DNA of 64,000 nucleotides from a virus (taxonomy: Duplodnaviria; Caudoviricetes): IMG/VR virus record IMGVR_UViG_3300046694_000619; one strand, written 5' to 3'. Below, piece by piece: positions 27,936-38,067 of the stretch. Numbering within the stretch: the stretch's first letter is position 1; each line of letters opens with the position of its first letter. The translations under genes and the position numbers were made by a program. Under the pieces are notes generated by a model, which did no database searches, was not told the DNA's origin, and saw only the letters and a program-made list of their open reading frames with translations.

Positions 27936-28886
27936 ATGTCCGAACCGATTGCTGTACATATCGACATCCCCCGCGTCAAGAAGAACGCCCGCCTGCTCGA
28001 AAAGTGGGTCGGGCTGCAGACTTCAACGTCCCAGGAACTCACGGCCAGAATGATGTCGGCGACCAGCTGGCAGAATCTACTCACCCTCGGCGTTTTCGTT
28101 CCCGACGATAGTCTGAGAGGCGCGGGCAATCTGGGCGTTTTCAAGCGTATCCACGAACAAGCCGACCTGCTTGCAGGTCGGCTCAATATTCCGGCCAGCA
28201 CTGCGACCAAACTCGCAGCGTTCTGGCAGCCAACTGCGCGACGCAGGTCCCCAGAGGTACTGTTCTCATTCCTCGAGGACATTAAAGCTTTACCGTCCGA
28301 TACGTCTTTGCCCGCATCATGGCTTAACCACGCCCCATCCGCGAAGGAACTTCTTAAGCTTGCCGCAGACTGTCCTGCTCTGGCACAGGACCAGGTTGAT
28401 GAGCCTATAAAGCAGCGGCCGGAAGCATTCTTTTCAATCGTGCGGGATGGACTCGCCTTCCATGGAATGGCCGACAGCGAGCTCTATCTGAGGGTGGACC
28501 GTTTGGGAAAGCGACCATCAATGAGCGACTATCTGGGCTATGTGTCGTTCGGCCCGGGGAGTATTGAGCCGGACGGAAACGGAGGGTTCATGCTGGCCAA
28601 ATACACAACTCAGGCGCGCGCAAAACTCGTAGGGCTCACAGAGCAATCTGCGCGGGAGGTGGCTCATTCTTTCGGATTCTCCGCGCCTGGCGGTTTGGGC
28701 GGATTCCTAGGGCACTCCGGCTTCTACGGAAGTCGAGCAGCTCTCGGACTCGCATCCTGGATTGCACGGCACCCGAGAAAAGCATCAAAGCTCTCTAGCG
28801 CTGCAAACCTGTATATGGGCGCCTGGCCCGAAAACACGATGGTTCGGCTCGAGTTTGAGCTCGTCCATGCAGGACTGCTGGTCTAA
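27936..28886 (+). CDS. hypothetical protein with possible N-terminal helical DNA-binding domain
   Basis: GGAG RBS; VKKNARLL...SQELTARMM...W..L N-terminus. Confidence 0.65.
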   Translation: MSEPIAVHIDIPRVKKNARLLEKWVGLQTSTSQELTARMMSATSWQNLLTLGVFVPDDSLRGAGNLGVFKRIHEQADLLAGRLNIPASTATKLAAFWQPTARRRSPEVLFSFLEDIKALPSDTSLPASWLNHAPSAKELLKLAADCPALAQDQVDEPIKQRPEAFFSIVRDGLAFHGMADSELYLRVDRLGKRPSMSDYLGYVSFGPGSIEPDGNGGFMLAKYTTQARAKLVGLTEQSAREVAHSFGFSAPGGLGGFLGHSGFYGSRAALGLASWIARHPRKASKLSSAANLYMGAWPENTMVRLEFELVHAGLLV

Positions 28887-28902
28887 CCGGGAGCACTTTC
28901 AA

Positions 28903-30072
28903 ATGGAACTGCTACTGAAGATAGTCCGAAAAATGGCCAGCCCGTGGCCTGTGGTCGTATGCAAGAGGGATAAGAGTGGGAAGGTGCTCAGAATCCAGAT
29001 GCAGGACGGGCTCTATTACGAAGCGGTGCCCGCCCGGATGTGGCTCGAACTGAAAAACGGGATGCTCAAGGAGGTGGCTCGAGCGGCGACGCGCGTTCAC
29101 GCGCAGGGCTTACGCTTTGGCTCTGCAGCATGGACAGGTGCTCAAGCGGACTATCCGCTCGTCGACGCCGCTGGCAATATCGTGGGAACGAGCAAGATTC
29201 GGCAGGTGCCTGAGGCTAGGGCGCACAAGCCCAAGACAAGAGACCCGTTGGTCTGGCACGACCGCCGCGTACGCCTGGCGCGCCAGGCCGCGAAGCAGGG
29301 CTACACAATGGTGACGGCGGAATGGCACGGCCAGCAAAAGAAATATGAGTTCGTTGATTCAGAGGGCGAAACAGTCTGGCTGACCGCTGCACAAATCCAA
29401 TCCGGCGAGCAAGCGAAATTGAGAGCGCTGGCGCGGACAGCGGCCGGTGTCGACCCGGGATACACGCTTGTCGCGGCCAAGTGGTACGGCGGCACTCGAA
29501 AATATGCGTGGCGCACCCCGGATGGCGAGCATATTTTCGAATCGCTGGATGCGTTGCGTCAGCGAAGTTGCCGTATCGGTATGCGTGTGCTTGATGAGCA
29601 AACAAGTCCATCGCCGTTGCGCGGCTGGCCACGGTTCAGGTGGACGTTGCCAGATTCATCGTGCATAGAATCGACGTGGCCCGAATTCGAGGCCGCACTC
29701 CGGAAGGTATTAGGGCAGCCAGCCACAGAACAGCCGCCGAAGTACATGCGCACCGGTTTTTCAGCGTCAGTCCGTCGCGAGCTTGTTGAGCAGGTTGCGA
29801 GCCAAAGTGCTGCTCCCGAGGACGGCAAGGGTGGCCACTTCGACGCCGACGACCAGCCCGGTATCGGTCAATCACCGGGCACGCTCTCAGCTATAACGCT
29901 CGCGGTTCGGCTAGCGATGCAACCCCGAAAAATTTTGAAGGGTGTCGAGAGTAATGCGCAACGAATACGCCAACAGACACTAACCGTAGCGCGAGGGCCA
30001 AAAGCGCGGCGTTATGCATGGCTTCACGGCCACGGGAAGCGAGGCAAGGGGATTGCGCAGCAAGGCCGCTAA
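28903..30072 (+). CDS. hypothetical protein with internal repeats
   Basis: GYTxVxAxWxG..KY....G module present twice plus a third degenerate copy. Confidence 0.6.
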   Translation: MELLLKIVRKMASPWPVVVCKRDKSGKVLRIQMQDGLYYEAVPARMWLELKNGMLKEVARAATRVHAQGLRFGSAAWTGAQADYPLVDAAGNIVGTSKIRQVPEARAHKPKTRDPLVWHDRRVRLARQAAKQGYTMVTAEWHGQQKKYEFVDSEGETVWLTAAQIQSGEQAKLRALARTAAGVDPGYTLVAAKWYGGTRKYAWRTPDGEHIFESLDALRQRSCRIGMRVLDEQTSPSPLRGWPRFRWTLPDSSCIESTWPEFEAALRKVLGQPATEQPPKYMRTGFSASVRRELVEQVASQSAAPEDGKGGHFDADDQPGIGQSPGTLSAITLAVRLAMQPRKILKGVESNAQRIRQQTLTVARGPKARRYAWLHGHGKRGKGIAQQGR

Positions 30073-30256
30073 GACATCGACAGCCCCCTTGCGGGGCTGC
30101 GGCTCGAACACCGGCAGGTCGCCTTCCGTTCGACTCAAAGTTACAGTTATCCCTTGAAATACGCCAACTTTCTGCCTATGTTCCAAACTTCGAACCGTAA
30201 GATGATTGGGTACTATCTCGATATATCCTCAACTCGCACTACCAACAGGAGATTAA

Positions 30257-30805
30257 ATGGCGACTCTGGAAGCCATCCAGGCACGTATTCAGAAGCTTCA
30301 GGACCAGGCAGATGCTTTGCGCTCGAAGGCAAAGCAGTCGGTAATCGGCAAGATTCATGACCTGATGCTCAAGAATGACTTAACGCCGGAAGACATTGGC
30401 AATCCCATCCGGCGCGCATCAAAAGTCATCAAGACGGTCAAGGCGAAGAATGCTTCGGCCGGCGCCCACGCCAAAGGCAAACTGCCCGCGAAATACCTGA
30501 ACCCCAAGACGGGTGAAACGTGGAGTGGCCATGCCCGTCCGCCGGCATGGATTAAGAACGTCAAGGACCGCTCGAAGTTTCTCATCAACCAGGAAGAACT
30601 TCCCGCGTCGGCTCCTGCCTCAAAGACGCACCTGAAAGTCGTACCGAATGGCGCATCGAATGGTAAAGCGCGCAAGAAGGTGAGCGTCGCGCCGAAGTAT
30701 CGCGACCCGGAAAGCGGTGTAACCTGGACGGGCCGGGGCCTGGCACCGGTCTGGATTCGCGACGCCGAAGACCGTACGCCGTTCTTGATTAAGGAAGCAG
30801 CCTGA
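30257..30805 (+). CDS. hns: H-NS family nucleoid protein with two DNA-binding domains
   Basis: N-terminal coiled coil; KYLNPKTGETWSGHARPPAW and KYRDPESGVTWTGRGLAPVW. Confidence 0.9.
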   Translation: MATLEAIQARIQKLQDQADALRSKAKQSVIGKIHDLMLKNDLTPEDIGNPIRRASKVIKTVKAKNASAGAHAKGKLPAKYLNPKTGETWSGHARPPAWIKNVKDRSKFLINQEELPASAPASKTHLKVVPNGASNGKARKKVSVAPKYRDPESGVTWTGRGLAPVWIRDAEDRTPFLIKEAA

Positions 30806-30938
30806 ACGGTGCGCGCTCTATGCCGCTCACTGCGCGCATAGCAGGCGACAGTCTTTGCGTAAGGTCGGAATGGCCTCGAGCTAGCGGCCATGAAAAAGGA
30901 CTCCCGGAGAAGGGGAGTCCTTAGAGTTGCTACAGGAC

Positions 30939-31382
30939 TTACGCGGCTTGCGCGAACTCTTCGAACGAGCCGACCGTAAAACCCAATTGCACGAGTGTTT
31001 CGCGCAGGGTCCGCAGGCCCATCCCCGCATCCACGCTCTGAACAGACCCGCCGTTGAAGGCGACGTCCAGGCGATATTCCTCGAGCTGTTCGCTCCAGCG
31101 ACGCGTGAGCGTGACGTCTCCCAACGACGGCATCGGGCGCAGATAGGTGACAGGCTTGCTCTTCAGCAAGTCCGACACCGTGTAGCGCGATTCACCGCCT
31201 GCCTCGTTGATAAGGCGAACGCTGTTGAAGCCGAGCAGAATAAGCGCCGGAAGAACAGGGCTTTCCTGGTCTTCGACAACACGAAGGTCGACTACGCCGA
31301 GAACCGAATTGTCCAGCAGTACGGTCATGCGGTCCGACATCGGCGTGATGTCGTTCAACAAAATGCTCACTACGTTCTTCAT
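30939..31382 (-). CDS. hypothetical protein
   Basis: AAGGAGG RBS; CTATAC 34 nt upstream. Confidence 0.7.
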   Translation of the reverse strand: MKNVVSILLNDITPMSDRMTVLLDNSVLGVVDLRVVEDQESPVLPALILLGFNSVRLINEAGGESRYTVSDLLKSKPVTYLRPMPSLGDVTLTRRWSEQLEEYRLDVAFNGGSVQSVDAGMGLRTLRETLVQLGFTVGSFEEFAQAA

Positions 31383-31464
31383 GGCTGTGTCCTCCTTGGT
31401 TGATAAGCCCATAGCCGTATAGCGCGATGCGCCGGCCGGGCATCAACGAGAAGGTCGTTTTGCG

Positions 31465-31806
31465 TCAGTCTGGACTCTCGACCAGTGAGCGTTTTTTTGC
31501 GTTGTGTTCGTGCAGCCAGGCAATGGCGTCTTCCGGCCTGCCGAGCTCTCCCGTCTCTCGGCGCCGCGCGGTCATCGCGGAGGCCTGCTTCCAGGTAATC
31601 GGAATAGCGCCGGCCGCCACGGCAAGCGTTTTCTTTGACATGCAGATGTCGTAGTGCCTGCGGGGTTTGCCGGGTTTCTGGTGCCACTTGCGTGCGACAC
31701 CGATGCGCGCCGCCATCGCGTGCAGCTCGTCATCATCGTCGGAAATCATGTGACACATCTTCATGCGGCCGTACTGTGCCTGCATGTCATCGACGTAGAC
31801 GGCCAT
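31465..31806 (-). CDS. DUF4031 family protein
   Basis: MAVYVDD...CHMISD..ELHAMAARIG..RKWHQ...HYDI. Confidence 0.85.
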   Translation of the reverse strand: MAVYVDDMQAQYGRMKMCHMISDDDDELHAMAARIGVARKWHQKPGKPRRHYDICMSKKTLAVAAGAIPITWKQASAMTARRRETGELGRPEDAIAWLHEHNAKKRSLVESPD

Positions 31807-31808
31807 GC

Positions 31809-32639
31809 TTACCAGCGCCGCGCGTATTGGCCAAACTTGCCCGTCCCTTCATCTGCGAAAAGGTCCACGAGCGGCAGAACTGTCGGCGCGCGCGCGTCAA
31901 TCACGACCGTCTGGCACAACACGTTGGCCATCGTCAGCTTGCCAGGGGCGATGCCCTTTTCGCCGAATACCGCACCCGTGTCGATGAAATAGCAGTTGCC
32001 CAGGCGCATTGCGCCATCGAACTGCGGCGTGTGACCGGCGAACACCCGGTCGATGCCCGCGACACCTGACGTGTCGTTTTGCGTCGTGCGCACGCGGCCC
32101 CACAGGGCGCTCTTAATCGTGTGACGGTCGCCGGCTTCGATGTTCGCGATGAACGTCTGCCAGTCCATGCCGATGGGCACTTCTGCGTGGATGATGCCGA
32201 CCGAGCCGCGCACGGTATTCAACTCCATCACGATAGGTAGACGAGCAAACGCATCCAGGATGGCGGCCTGCTGCTCCGGCGGGGTTGAGAGCCACCAGGC
32301 CATGCCATTTCGCGCGACATTGTGGCGAAGCGCGTCCAGGTCCAGCGAACCGGCGGCATACAGGTCGAGCACCATCTGCTCGTGATTGCCGAGAGTGGCA
32401 AAAAACCACGGCTGGCCAAGCAGAGCGAGCGCCTCTGCCGAATAGTCACCGCGGTCAACCAGGTCACCGACCGAAAACAGGCGGTCTGCGGCCGGGTCGA
32501 AATTCACGGCGTCGAGCCCGCGCGCGATAGGATTTCGCACACCGTGCCGGTCACCGATAATGAAATCGCGGCCCTTGCCTTGGCCCACGTGAACGACTGC
32601 CGGTGCTGGTGTTGAGGGTTTGCGCCACGTTTGCAGCAT
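31809..32639 (-). CDS. PPP-family metallophosphoesterase (lambda NinI/PphA-like Ser/Thr phosphatase)
   Basis: GDRHG, GDLVDRG, GNHE, HAE, GHT, IDTGA. Confidence 0.9.
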   Translation of the reverse strand: MLQTWRKPSTPAPAVVHVGQGKGRDFIIGDRHGVRNPIARGLDAVNFDPAADRLFSVGDLVDRGDYSAEALALLGQPWFFATLGNHEQMVLDLYAAGSLDLDALRHNVARNGMAWWLSTPPEQQAAILDAFARLPIVMELNTVRGSVGIIHAEVPIGMDWQTFIANIEAGDRHTIKSALWGRVRTTQNDTSGVAGIDRVFAGHTPQFDGAMRLGNCYFIDTGAVFGEKGIAPGKLTMANVLCQTVVIDARAPTVLPLVDLFADEGTGKFGQYARRW

Positions 32640-32744
32640 GGGAGCTCCTTCTTTAATCGTGAAAGCGTTGGACGCCGCCCTGATGAGCGTCTGCGATAGT
32701 TCGCCGAGTCGTGCCCTGGCTGCCGTCAACACGGATGGGGATAC

Positions 32745-33167
32745 TCAGTTCGTGGCCGCTGCGGCCTGCGTCGCTCTCGCGAGCGCGCGCGAAAGCCAAC
32801 GGATGCGGTCTTTCACGGCCGTCATGTACACGATGGGCATAAAAGCAGTGCCCGCCATGAGCTTGTCCACCGGAGGGCGGCGGTCGTAGTTCAGGAACGC
32901 CTCGTTCGCGAGTTCGTCGTCGCTCAACTGGCCCAGCGTGAGTGCGGCGCGTTCGCGCTCGTAGAGCGTGCCATGTGGGTCGGGCTCACCATCGGCAAGC
33001 CAGCGAAGGCCCGGGGTCCCCTCAAGCGTTTCGTGTGCACCGTCTTCACCGGGCAACCCGAGGTACTCACGCAGTACCGCGCGCACGTGGTCCGGCTGCA
33101 TCCCGGAATCTGTGCAGGCAGCCAGGAATGCACCGATATGCTTGCGTGCGTCTTCGATGGTTTTCAT
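32745..33167 (-). CDS. hypothetical protein
   Basis: ORF in operon. Confidence 0.65.
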   Translation of the reverse strand: MKTIEDARKHIGAFLAACTDSGMQPDHVRAVLREYLGLPGEDGAHETLEGTPGLRWLADGEPDPHGTLYERERAALTLGQLSDDELANEAFLNYDRRPPVDKLMAGTAFMPIVYMTAVKDRIRWLSRALARATQAAAATN

Positions 33168-33179
33168 TCGAATTGCGCC

Positions 33180-33398
33180 TTAGCTGAACGAGACGGTGAA
33201 TGGCGCGTGCTTGACCACGACGAACCACCAGCCCGCGAGGAGGAGGAGCCCGAGGGCAATCACGAAGAGCTTCTTCTTCAGCGAATTCGGCACGCCGCCG
33301 ATGCTGTACTGACCCAGGTTGAAAGCGGCGAGCCCGAGCCACGTCATGGACAGCGAAAAGAAGACTGCGACAACAAAAAGCCAGCCGATGACTGCCAC
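33180..33398 (-). CDS. small two-TM protein
   Basis: Two hydrophobic helices, coupled to the upstream gene. Confidence 0.65.
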   Translation of the reverse strand: MAVIGWLFVVAVFFSLSMTWLGLAAFNLGQYSIGGVPNSLKKKLFVIALGLLLLAGWWFVVVKHAPFTVSFS

Positions 33399-33399
33399 G

Positions 33400-33768
33400 T
33401 TAAGCCTCCTCGGGCACGACTTCGACCTGCATGGTGTTCGCGTCCTCGAGCTTCACCCAGAAGCGCACCTGACGTTTCGTGGCCTTCGAGAAGGAGTATG
33501 TTTTCGCAAGTGCACTTACACCCTTGATGCGGAAGCTGATGCTATCGAAGTCGCTCATGCCGTGCTTGATGAAGTAACGGTCGATGATGAGTTCGGTGCC
33601 CGGCGGGAGCGTCGCGTGGGACGGTTGCGGGTCGTAGCTGATTTCCCGCGGGTCACCCAGCAGCGTCATCAGCGTTGCGTTTCTCCGCTCGTTAAAGAGC
33701 CGGAAATTCCACGGTTGGGTCAGCCTGAGGCGCGTGCCGAGCGCGGGCACGAACAGTTTGATGGACAT
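33400..33768 (-). CDS. hypothetical protein
   Basis: GGAG RBS; sigma70-like promoter upstream (TTGCGT-17-TATAAT). Confidence 0.7.
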   Translation of the reverse strand: MSIKLFVPALGTRLRLTQPWNFRLFNERRNATLMTLLGDPREISYDPQPSHATLPPGTELIIDRYFIKHGMSDFDSISFRIKGVSALAKTYSFSKATKRQVRFWVKLEDANTMQVEVVPEEA

Positions 33769-33892
33769 TCGGAAAGCTCCTTGAATTAACGTCATTATAC
33801 CATGAAATAACGTATAACGCAAAACGCTCCCCAATGACAAAAGGCGCGAAGCCTCGTGGGCCTCGCGCCTTTCTTGCAGCAGCAGCGGGGGA

Positions 33893-34645
33893 TTACTTGC
33901 CGGTCAGGCGGCGCAGACGGTCGGCGGCCGACTCGGCCACCGGCGTTGCCGTGCCGGCGGCGATGCGGCGAGCTTCTTCGACTGCGTTCGAGCGGTCAAT
34001 CGGCTTCTGGCCGATGTCCGCCTGGATGGCCGTAGCGTCGGCTGCGACTTGCAGCTTTTCGGCCTTGCGGTTCAGCGCGCCCAGTGCGGTCGAGGTCGAG
34101 CCGGTGCCGCTCTGGAGGTCACGCAGTTCCTGCTGGTTCTGCAGGCGCATGTTTTCGCGGTCCTGATTCGCCTGGGCTTGCGCGATGGCGCGCAGTGCCT
34201 TCTGGGCGTTCGCTTCGAACTCGTTCAGCTTCTTCTCGATGCTGTTCACGATGCCTTGCACCGTGTCGACCAGTTCCTTCGCGTCGGCGACGTCCTGCTG
34301 CGCGGCCGGCAGGCGGGCCTTCATGTCTTCGAGGTTGTTCGCGAACTCGTTGAGCGTCTGCTCGTCGATTTCCTTCGCGTCGAACTTCGCAATCAGGATT
34401 TCCGCGGCCTTCGTGTCTTGCGTAATCTGCGCTTCGAGCTTGTCGGCATTGGCTTTCACGCCGTTGTATTCGTTGCGAGCCGAGGCCAGCTTCGTTGCCG
34501 CGTCGTGCAGTTTCTGTTTCAGGTTGTCGCGGTCGACTTCGGTGGCCGTCTCGGGGTCGAACGAGACGAGTGCCTGCGCGACGGTGTCACCGAATGCACC
34601 GATTTGCTTGACGATAAGTGCTGCGGAGAGCTTCCAGCCGGACAT
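33893..34645 (-). CDS. PspA/IM30-like coiled-coil protein
   Basis: Long helical hairpin, DPE near the N-terminus, C-terminal ADRLRRL; adjacent to a DUF2491-like gene. Confidence 0.6.
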   Translation of the reverse strand: MSGWKLSAALIVKQIGAFGDTVAQALVSFDPETATEVDRDNLKQKLHDAATKLASARNEYNGVKANADKLEAQITQDTKAAEILIAKFDAKEIDEQTLNEFANNLEDMKARLPAAQQDVADAKELVDTVQGIVNSIEKKLNEFEANAQKALRAIAQAQANQDRENMRLQNQQELRDLQSGTGSTSTALGALNRKAEKLQVAADATAIQADIGQKPIDRSNAVEEARRIAAGTATPVAESAADRLRRLTGK

Positions 34646-34751
34646 GTAGATTCCTTTTGCGTGTGGTTCGGAGTGGAGTCGGCGCGGCGCGCCGCTCCAG
34701 GAATTAGGGGTGCAACAAAGCGTTTAGTATAACACAAAACGCTACCTGAAG

Positions 34752-35540
34752 TTAGAGGACTTTCACCTTCAATGGTTCCAGCGTGAGCCCGACGAGGAAA
34801 TCGACATGCACCGCGGGCTCGCGACTGCCGTCGACCGAATCGACGATTTCGAACGAAATCAGCAGGTTTTCGCGATTGCCGTCCGGCAGAATCCGGACAT
34901 AGGGCATGAAATGCATCTTCTGATGCATGCCTTTCATGCCGGTCGGGTCATCCAGCCGGTTTTCGACCGCCGTGTACGGGTGGACGTATTCACTGGCCAC
35001 CGGCGTATCGCGCTGATAGTCGAGCGATTCGGCCTCGCCGAGCAGCTTGGCAGTCTTCTCGGGCGTGAACCCCGCTAGCGCGAGCATGTCGTCGCCCAGG
35101 TTGTACCAGCTGTCGCCCAGTCCGTAGCCCTGGCCCAGATACGGTTCCTGTTCTTCAGCTGTAGTCGGCACGAGGCGGAAGAGTTGCTGGTAGTAGGTCG
35201 CCTCGGCCGGCTGGCCGTTTTTCATCAGCACCTGGAGGAACGACTGCCCCGCGTCCGTCTGGCGGTCACCCACGTCCGTGTACAGGCGGAAAATCTCCAG
35301 CGACGGGTCCGCATCCAGCCGCACGCGGCCGACCGCCTGCACCTGCATTTGCGCTGAGGCCGGAACCTTCAGCAGCGTGCCATCGAGGATGGCGAACGAC
35401 GCACGCGGCACTTCCAGAAGACTGCCAATCCGCGCGCCGTACGGCAGGCCGACGTCGACGCGAGGCAGGGCATTGTGGTTTTCCTGCGCCTGGTCTACGC
35501 GCTTTTCGATGATGCGCTTGCCGAGTTGGAAAATGGACAT
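34752..35540 (-). CDS. DUF2491 (YjfK-like) protein
   Basis: LPYGARIGS, VQAVGRVRL, IFRLY, FLQV, C-terminal E.LLIS...VGLTL. Confidence 0.6.
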   Translation of the reverse strand: MSIFQLGKRIIEKRVDQAQENHNALPRVDVGLPYGARIGSLLEVPRASFAILDGTLLKVPASAQMQVQAVGRVRLDADPSLEIFRLYTDVGDRQTDAGQSFLQVLMKNGQPAEATYYQQLFRLVPTTAEEQEPYLGQGYGLGDSWYNLGDDMLALAGFTPEKTAKLLGEAESLDYQRDTPVASEYVHPYTAVENRLDDPTGMKGMHQKMHFMPYVRILPDGNRENLLISFEIVDSVDGSREPAVHVDFLVGLTLEPLKVKVL

Positions 35541-35551
35541 CGCGTGAATCC

Positions 35552-36553
35552 TTAGAGGGTGTAATTCGCTTTCGTTGCGGCCTTGGCCTTGTTGTCGCGC
35601 AGCACGAGCCACACGATGAGCCCGATGGCGCCAATCAGGAAGACAAACAGCAAAATCAGCGTGAACGACGTGTGGTGTTCCTTTTGGGCCTCAACCGCTT
35701 TCAGTTCGGCGGGGGTATGCGCAGCCGATGCGTAGGCGGCAGTCGGTGCCGGCGCCGTAGCAATAGCCGCGGGAGCGACGCTTGGCGCGACAGGCTGAAC
35801 GCTCGGTGCGTAGCCCGCCTGCGCCTGCGCTGCTTGCGCTTGTGCGGCCTGGGCCTGCATTTGCGCGGCCTGCGCCTGCATCTGGGCGGCCTGTGCCTGC
35901 TGCATCTGGGCATACTGATAGTCACGCTCGCGTTCGTCACGGCGGGCAGCTGCTCGACCGCTTTCGTACCAGAACGCGTTGGTGAGCAACGAGCTATGCG
36001 AGTCGTGGTATTGCGGCGTGCCTTGCTGCACGACGATGACCTGCGGCTGCTGCTGAGTGTGCGGCTGGTAGTTCGATGCGGTGGACTGCGCCATTACCGC
36101 CGGACCACGGCTCGAGGTGTCCTGTGTGACCTGCGGCGCGGCGGCCTTCTGCTTGGCCTGGTAGGCGTCGACGGCATCACGGTTAGCCGATGCGGAATAC
36201 ATGGCGCCGCCGAGCGCGCTTGCCGTGGCGACACCGGCAACCGCGGTGCCCGTTTTTGCCGCCGTGCTGAACCCCGACTTGGCCGGCGAGGGGGCAGCGG
36301 CCGGTGCAGCGGGGCGGGGCACAATCGTGGGCACGAACGTGGTGACGCGCGGCGTGTCTGCTTTCTTCGTGTTCGAGGAGCCAAAGCCCGAATAGCTACC
36401 GTAACTGGTCCGGGTATCCGACCGGGCGACGCTTGAAGTGCTCTTGCTTGACCCCGAGCTGCCACGGCTGAACCCGGAGGCAGCGTTAGCGAAAGGAGAT
36501 GCCAGCAGCGCCGCAGTAAGCGCCGCGACGATAAAGTGCGTTTTCTTGTTCAC
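35552..36553 (-). CDS. secreted low-complexity protein with C-terminal membrane anchor
   Basis: Signal peptide ANA-A, Ser/Gly-rich and AQAAQMQ repeats, C-terminal TM. Confidence 0.7.
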   Translation of the reverse strand: MNKKTHFIVAALTAALLASPFANAASGFSRGSSGSSKSTSSVARSDTRTSYGSYSGFGSSNTKKADTPRVTTFVPTIVPRPAAPAAAPSPAKSGFSTAAKTGTAVAGVATASALGGAMYSASANRDAVDAYQAKQKAAAPQVTQDTSSRGPAVMAQSTASNYQPHTQQQPQVIVVQQGTPQYHDSHSSLLTNAFWYESGRAAARRDERERDYQYAQMQQAQAAQMQAQAAQMQAQAAQAQAAQAQAGYAPSVQPVAPSVAPAAIATAPAPTAAYASAAHTPAELKAVEAQKEHHTSFTLILLFVFLIGAIGLIVWLVLRDNKAKAATKANYTL

Positions 36554-36848
36554 GAGAAGCCTCGATAGGGAGTTTTTGTAGTATACCACCGCAATGGCAT
36601 TTGTCAATGTCGCCAGGCGGATAGGGCCTATTTCGCAGCCAGCGGACTTTGGTTGGCGATAGATATACCAAAAAACATGAAATGCGCCGAGCCCTGCTGC
36701 TCAGTAGCCGCCGGCCACAGGCAACGCAATGGCCGACCTCACCGGGCGGTCTGGTTTCCTTATGCGAGGCAGGCGCCTTGCCATGTGCGCACGCACGCGA
36801 TAGGGCTGGGGATGTGCAACTGGTAAGGTCTTGAAAACCAGACGTCGC

Positions 36849-37340
36849 TTACGTCGGCCGACCTTCTTCGTTTTCCTGGATGCGTTCTGCTGCACAGCGC
36901 GCGACTTCCACCAGGTCGCCGACGAGATTCATCGGGTGGTCCTTGAGCCATGCGTTGATAGCTTCGTGGTCTTCCTCGGTTTTCGCGGCGACGTAGGCCT
37001 GCACGAGACGCGCATATTCCTGCCGCAGCCACAGTGGGTGGCGCTCGATGTCGAAGCTCGAGCGCTCATATAGCGGCAGGTCGCCAGATTTGCGCCTGGC
37101 CGAGCGCAGCGCCACGGCCATCCGGTCACACCAGAGCGCCATCTTCTCGCGCGCCGCCTCGACGGAGTCTGCCGTCAGTTCGGTCAGGCGAAACTCGCCC
37201 GTGACCTTGCCGGTGTCGGTGCTGACGTGCAGCGTGAGGTCCTGCTCAAGCATCGTACGCAGCCGGCCGACACTGTGCACGACGTTGTACGTCAACGATA
37301 CCCGGTTGTCCGCGTATTTGAGGTCCTTGAGCTCAAGCAT
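36849..37340 (-). CDS. hypothetical protein
   Basis: ATG overlaps the stop of a 30-aa ORF at 37333..37425. Confidence 0.65.
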   Translation of the reverse strand: MLELKDLKYADNRVSLTYNVVHSVGRLRTMLEQDLTLHVSTDTGKVTGEFRLTELTADSVEAAREKMALWCDRMAVALRSARRKSGDLPLYERSSFDIERHPLWLRQEYARLVQAYVAAKTEEDHEAINAWLKDHPMNLVGDLVEVARCAAERIQENEEGRPT

Positions 37341-37461
37341 GGACGGCGCCGGCCTTCGCCAGTTGCTCGATGATGTGCGCAAAGCGTTGAGCTGCTGCAT
37401 CCAGGACGAAGTTCGTGTCGTTCATGGTGGTCTCCTTTGAGAATCGGTTTGTCGTATTCGG

Positions 37462-38067
37462 TTAGGCGGTGACTTCCACCGGGTAAGCTTCTTCAATCCG
37501 GGCGCCAAGCCGACGGACGCGCTCGAGCGGACTGCTGTGCAGCACCGACAGATGGACCCAGTCGGCCTCGTCCACTTCTTCGACCTGCGGCACCAGCGGC
37601 ACGCTCGACGACGCGGTCGCTACAAACGTGAAGTCGTGGTGGAAGTGCGCGCCTTCGCCCTTCTTCGGATTGGCCGGAATCCGGTGCGTGTCGATGTCGA
37701 TAGGAAGCATGGCGCTACCGACGCCGCGCCACTCCAGCGCTTCTGCGACAACACCCGTTTCCTCGAACAGCTCGCGCAGCGCGGACAGCCACAGTGAGAT
37801 GTCCATTTCGAAATGGCCACCCGAAGGCATCCAGTCTTTATAGGTGCCGTGATAGATAAGCAGGACCTTGCGCGTAACCGGGTCGAATACCACGATGCTC
37901 GTGGTGATGTGGCCGGCCATGGTCGAGCGTACGAGAATGTCGGTCTTGCCCAGCTCCAGCTGGTCGCGCAACTGAACCAGCCGCGCGGCATCCTCCGGGT
38001 AGCAGGCGAGGTAGGCGGTGAGAAGGTCGCGCGTCGCGCGTACGACAGCAGCCATGGTCGGGTTCAT
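37462..38067 (-). CDS. Nudix hydrolase
   Basis: GHITTS, GGHFE...ALRELFEETGV Nudix box, DIDTHRIP...HFHHD. Confidence 0.92.
   Translation of the reverse strand: MNPTMAAVVRATRDLLTAYLACYPEDAARLVQLRDQLELGKTDILVRSTMAGHITTSIVVFDPVTRKVLLIYHGTYKDWMPSGGHFEMDISLWLSALRELFEETGVVAEALEWRGVGSAMLPIDIDTHRIPANPKKGEGAHFHHDFTFVATASSSVPLVPQVEEVDEADWVHLSVLHSSPLERVRRLGARIEEAYPVEVTA

Noticed and set aside
35810-35910. Tandem DNA repeat
   Set aside because: Explained by AQAAQMQ low-complexity coding sequence.
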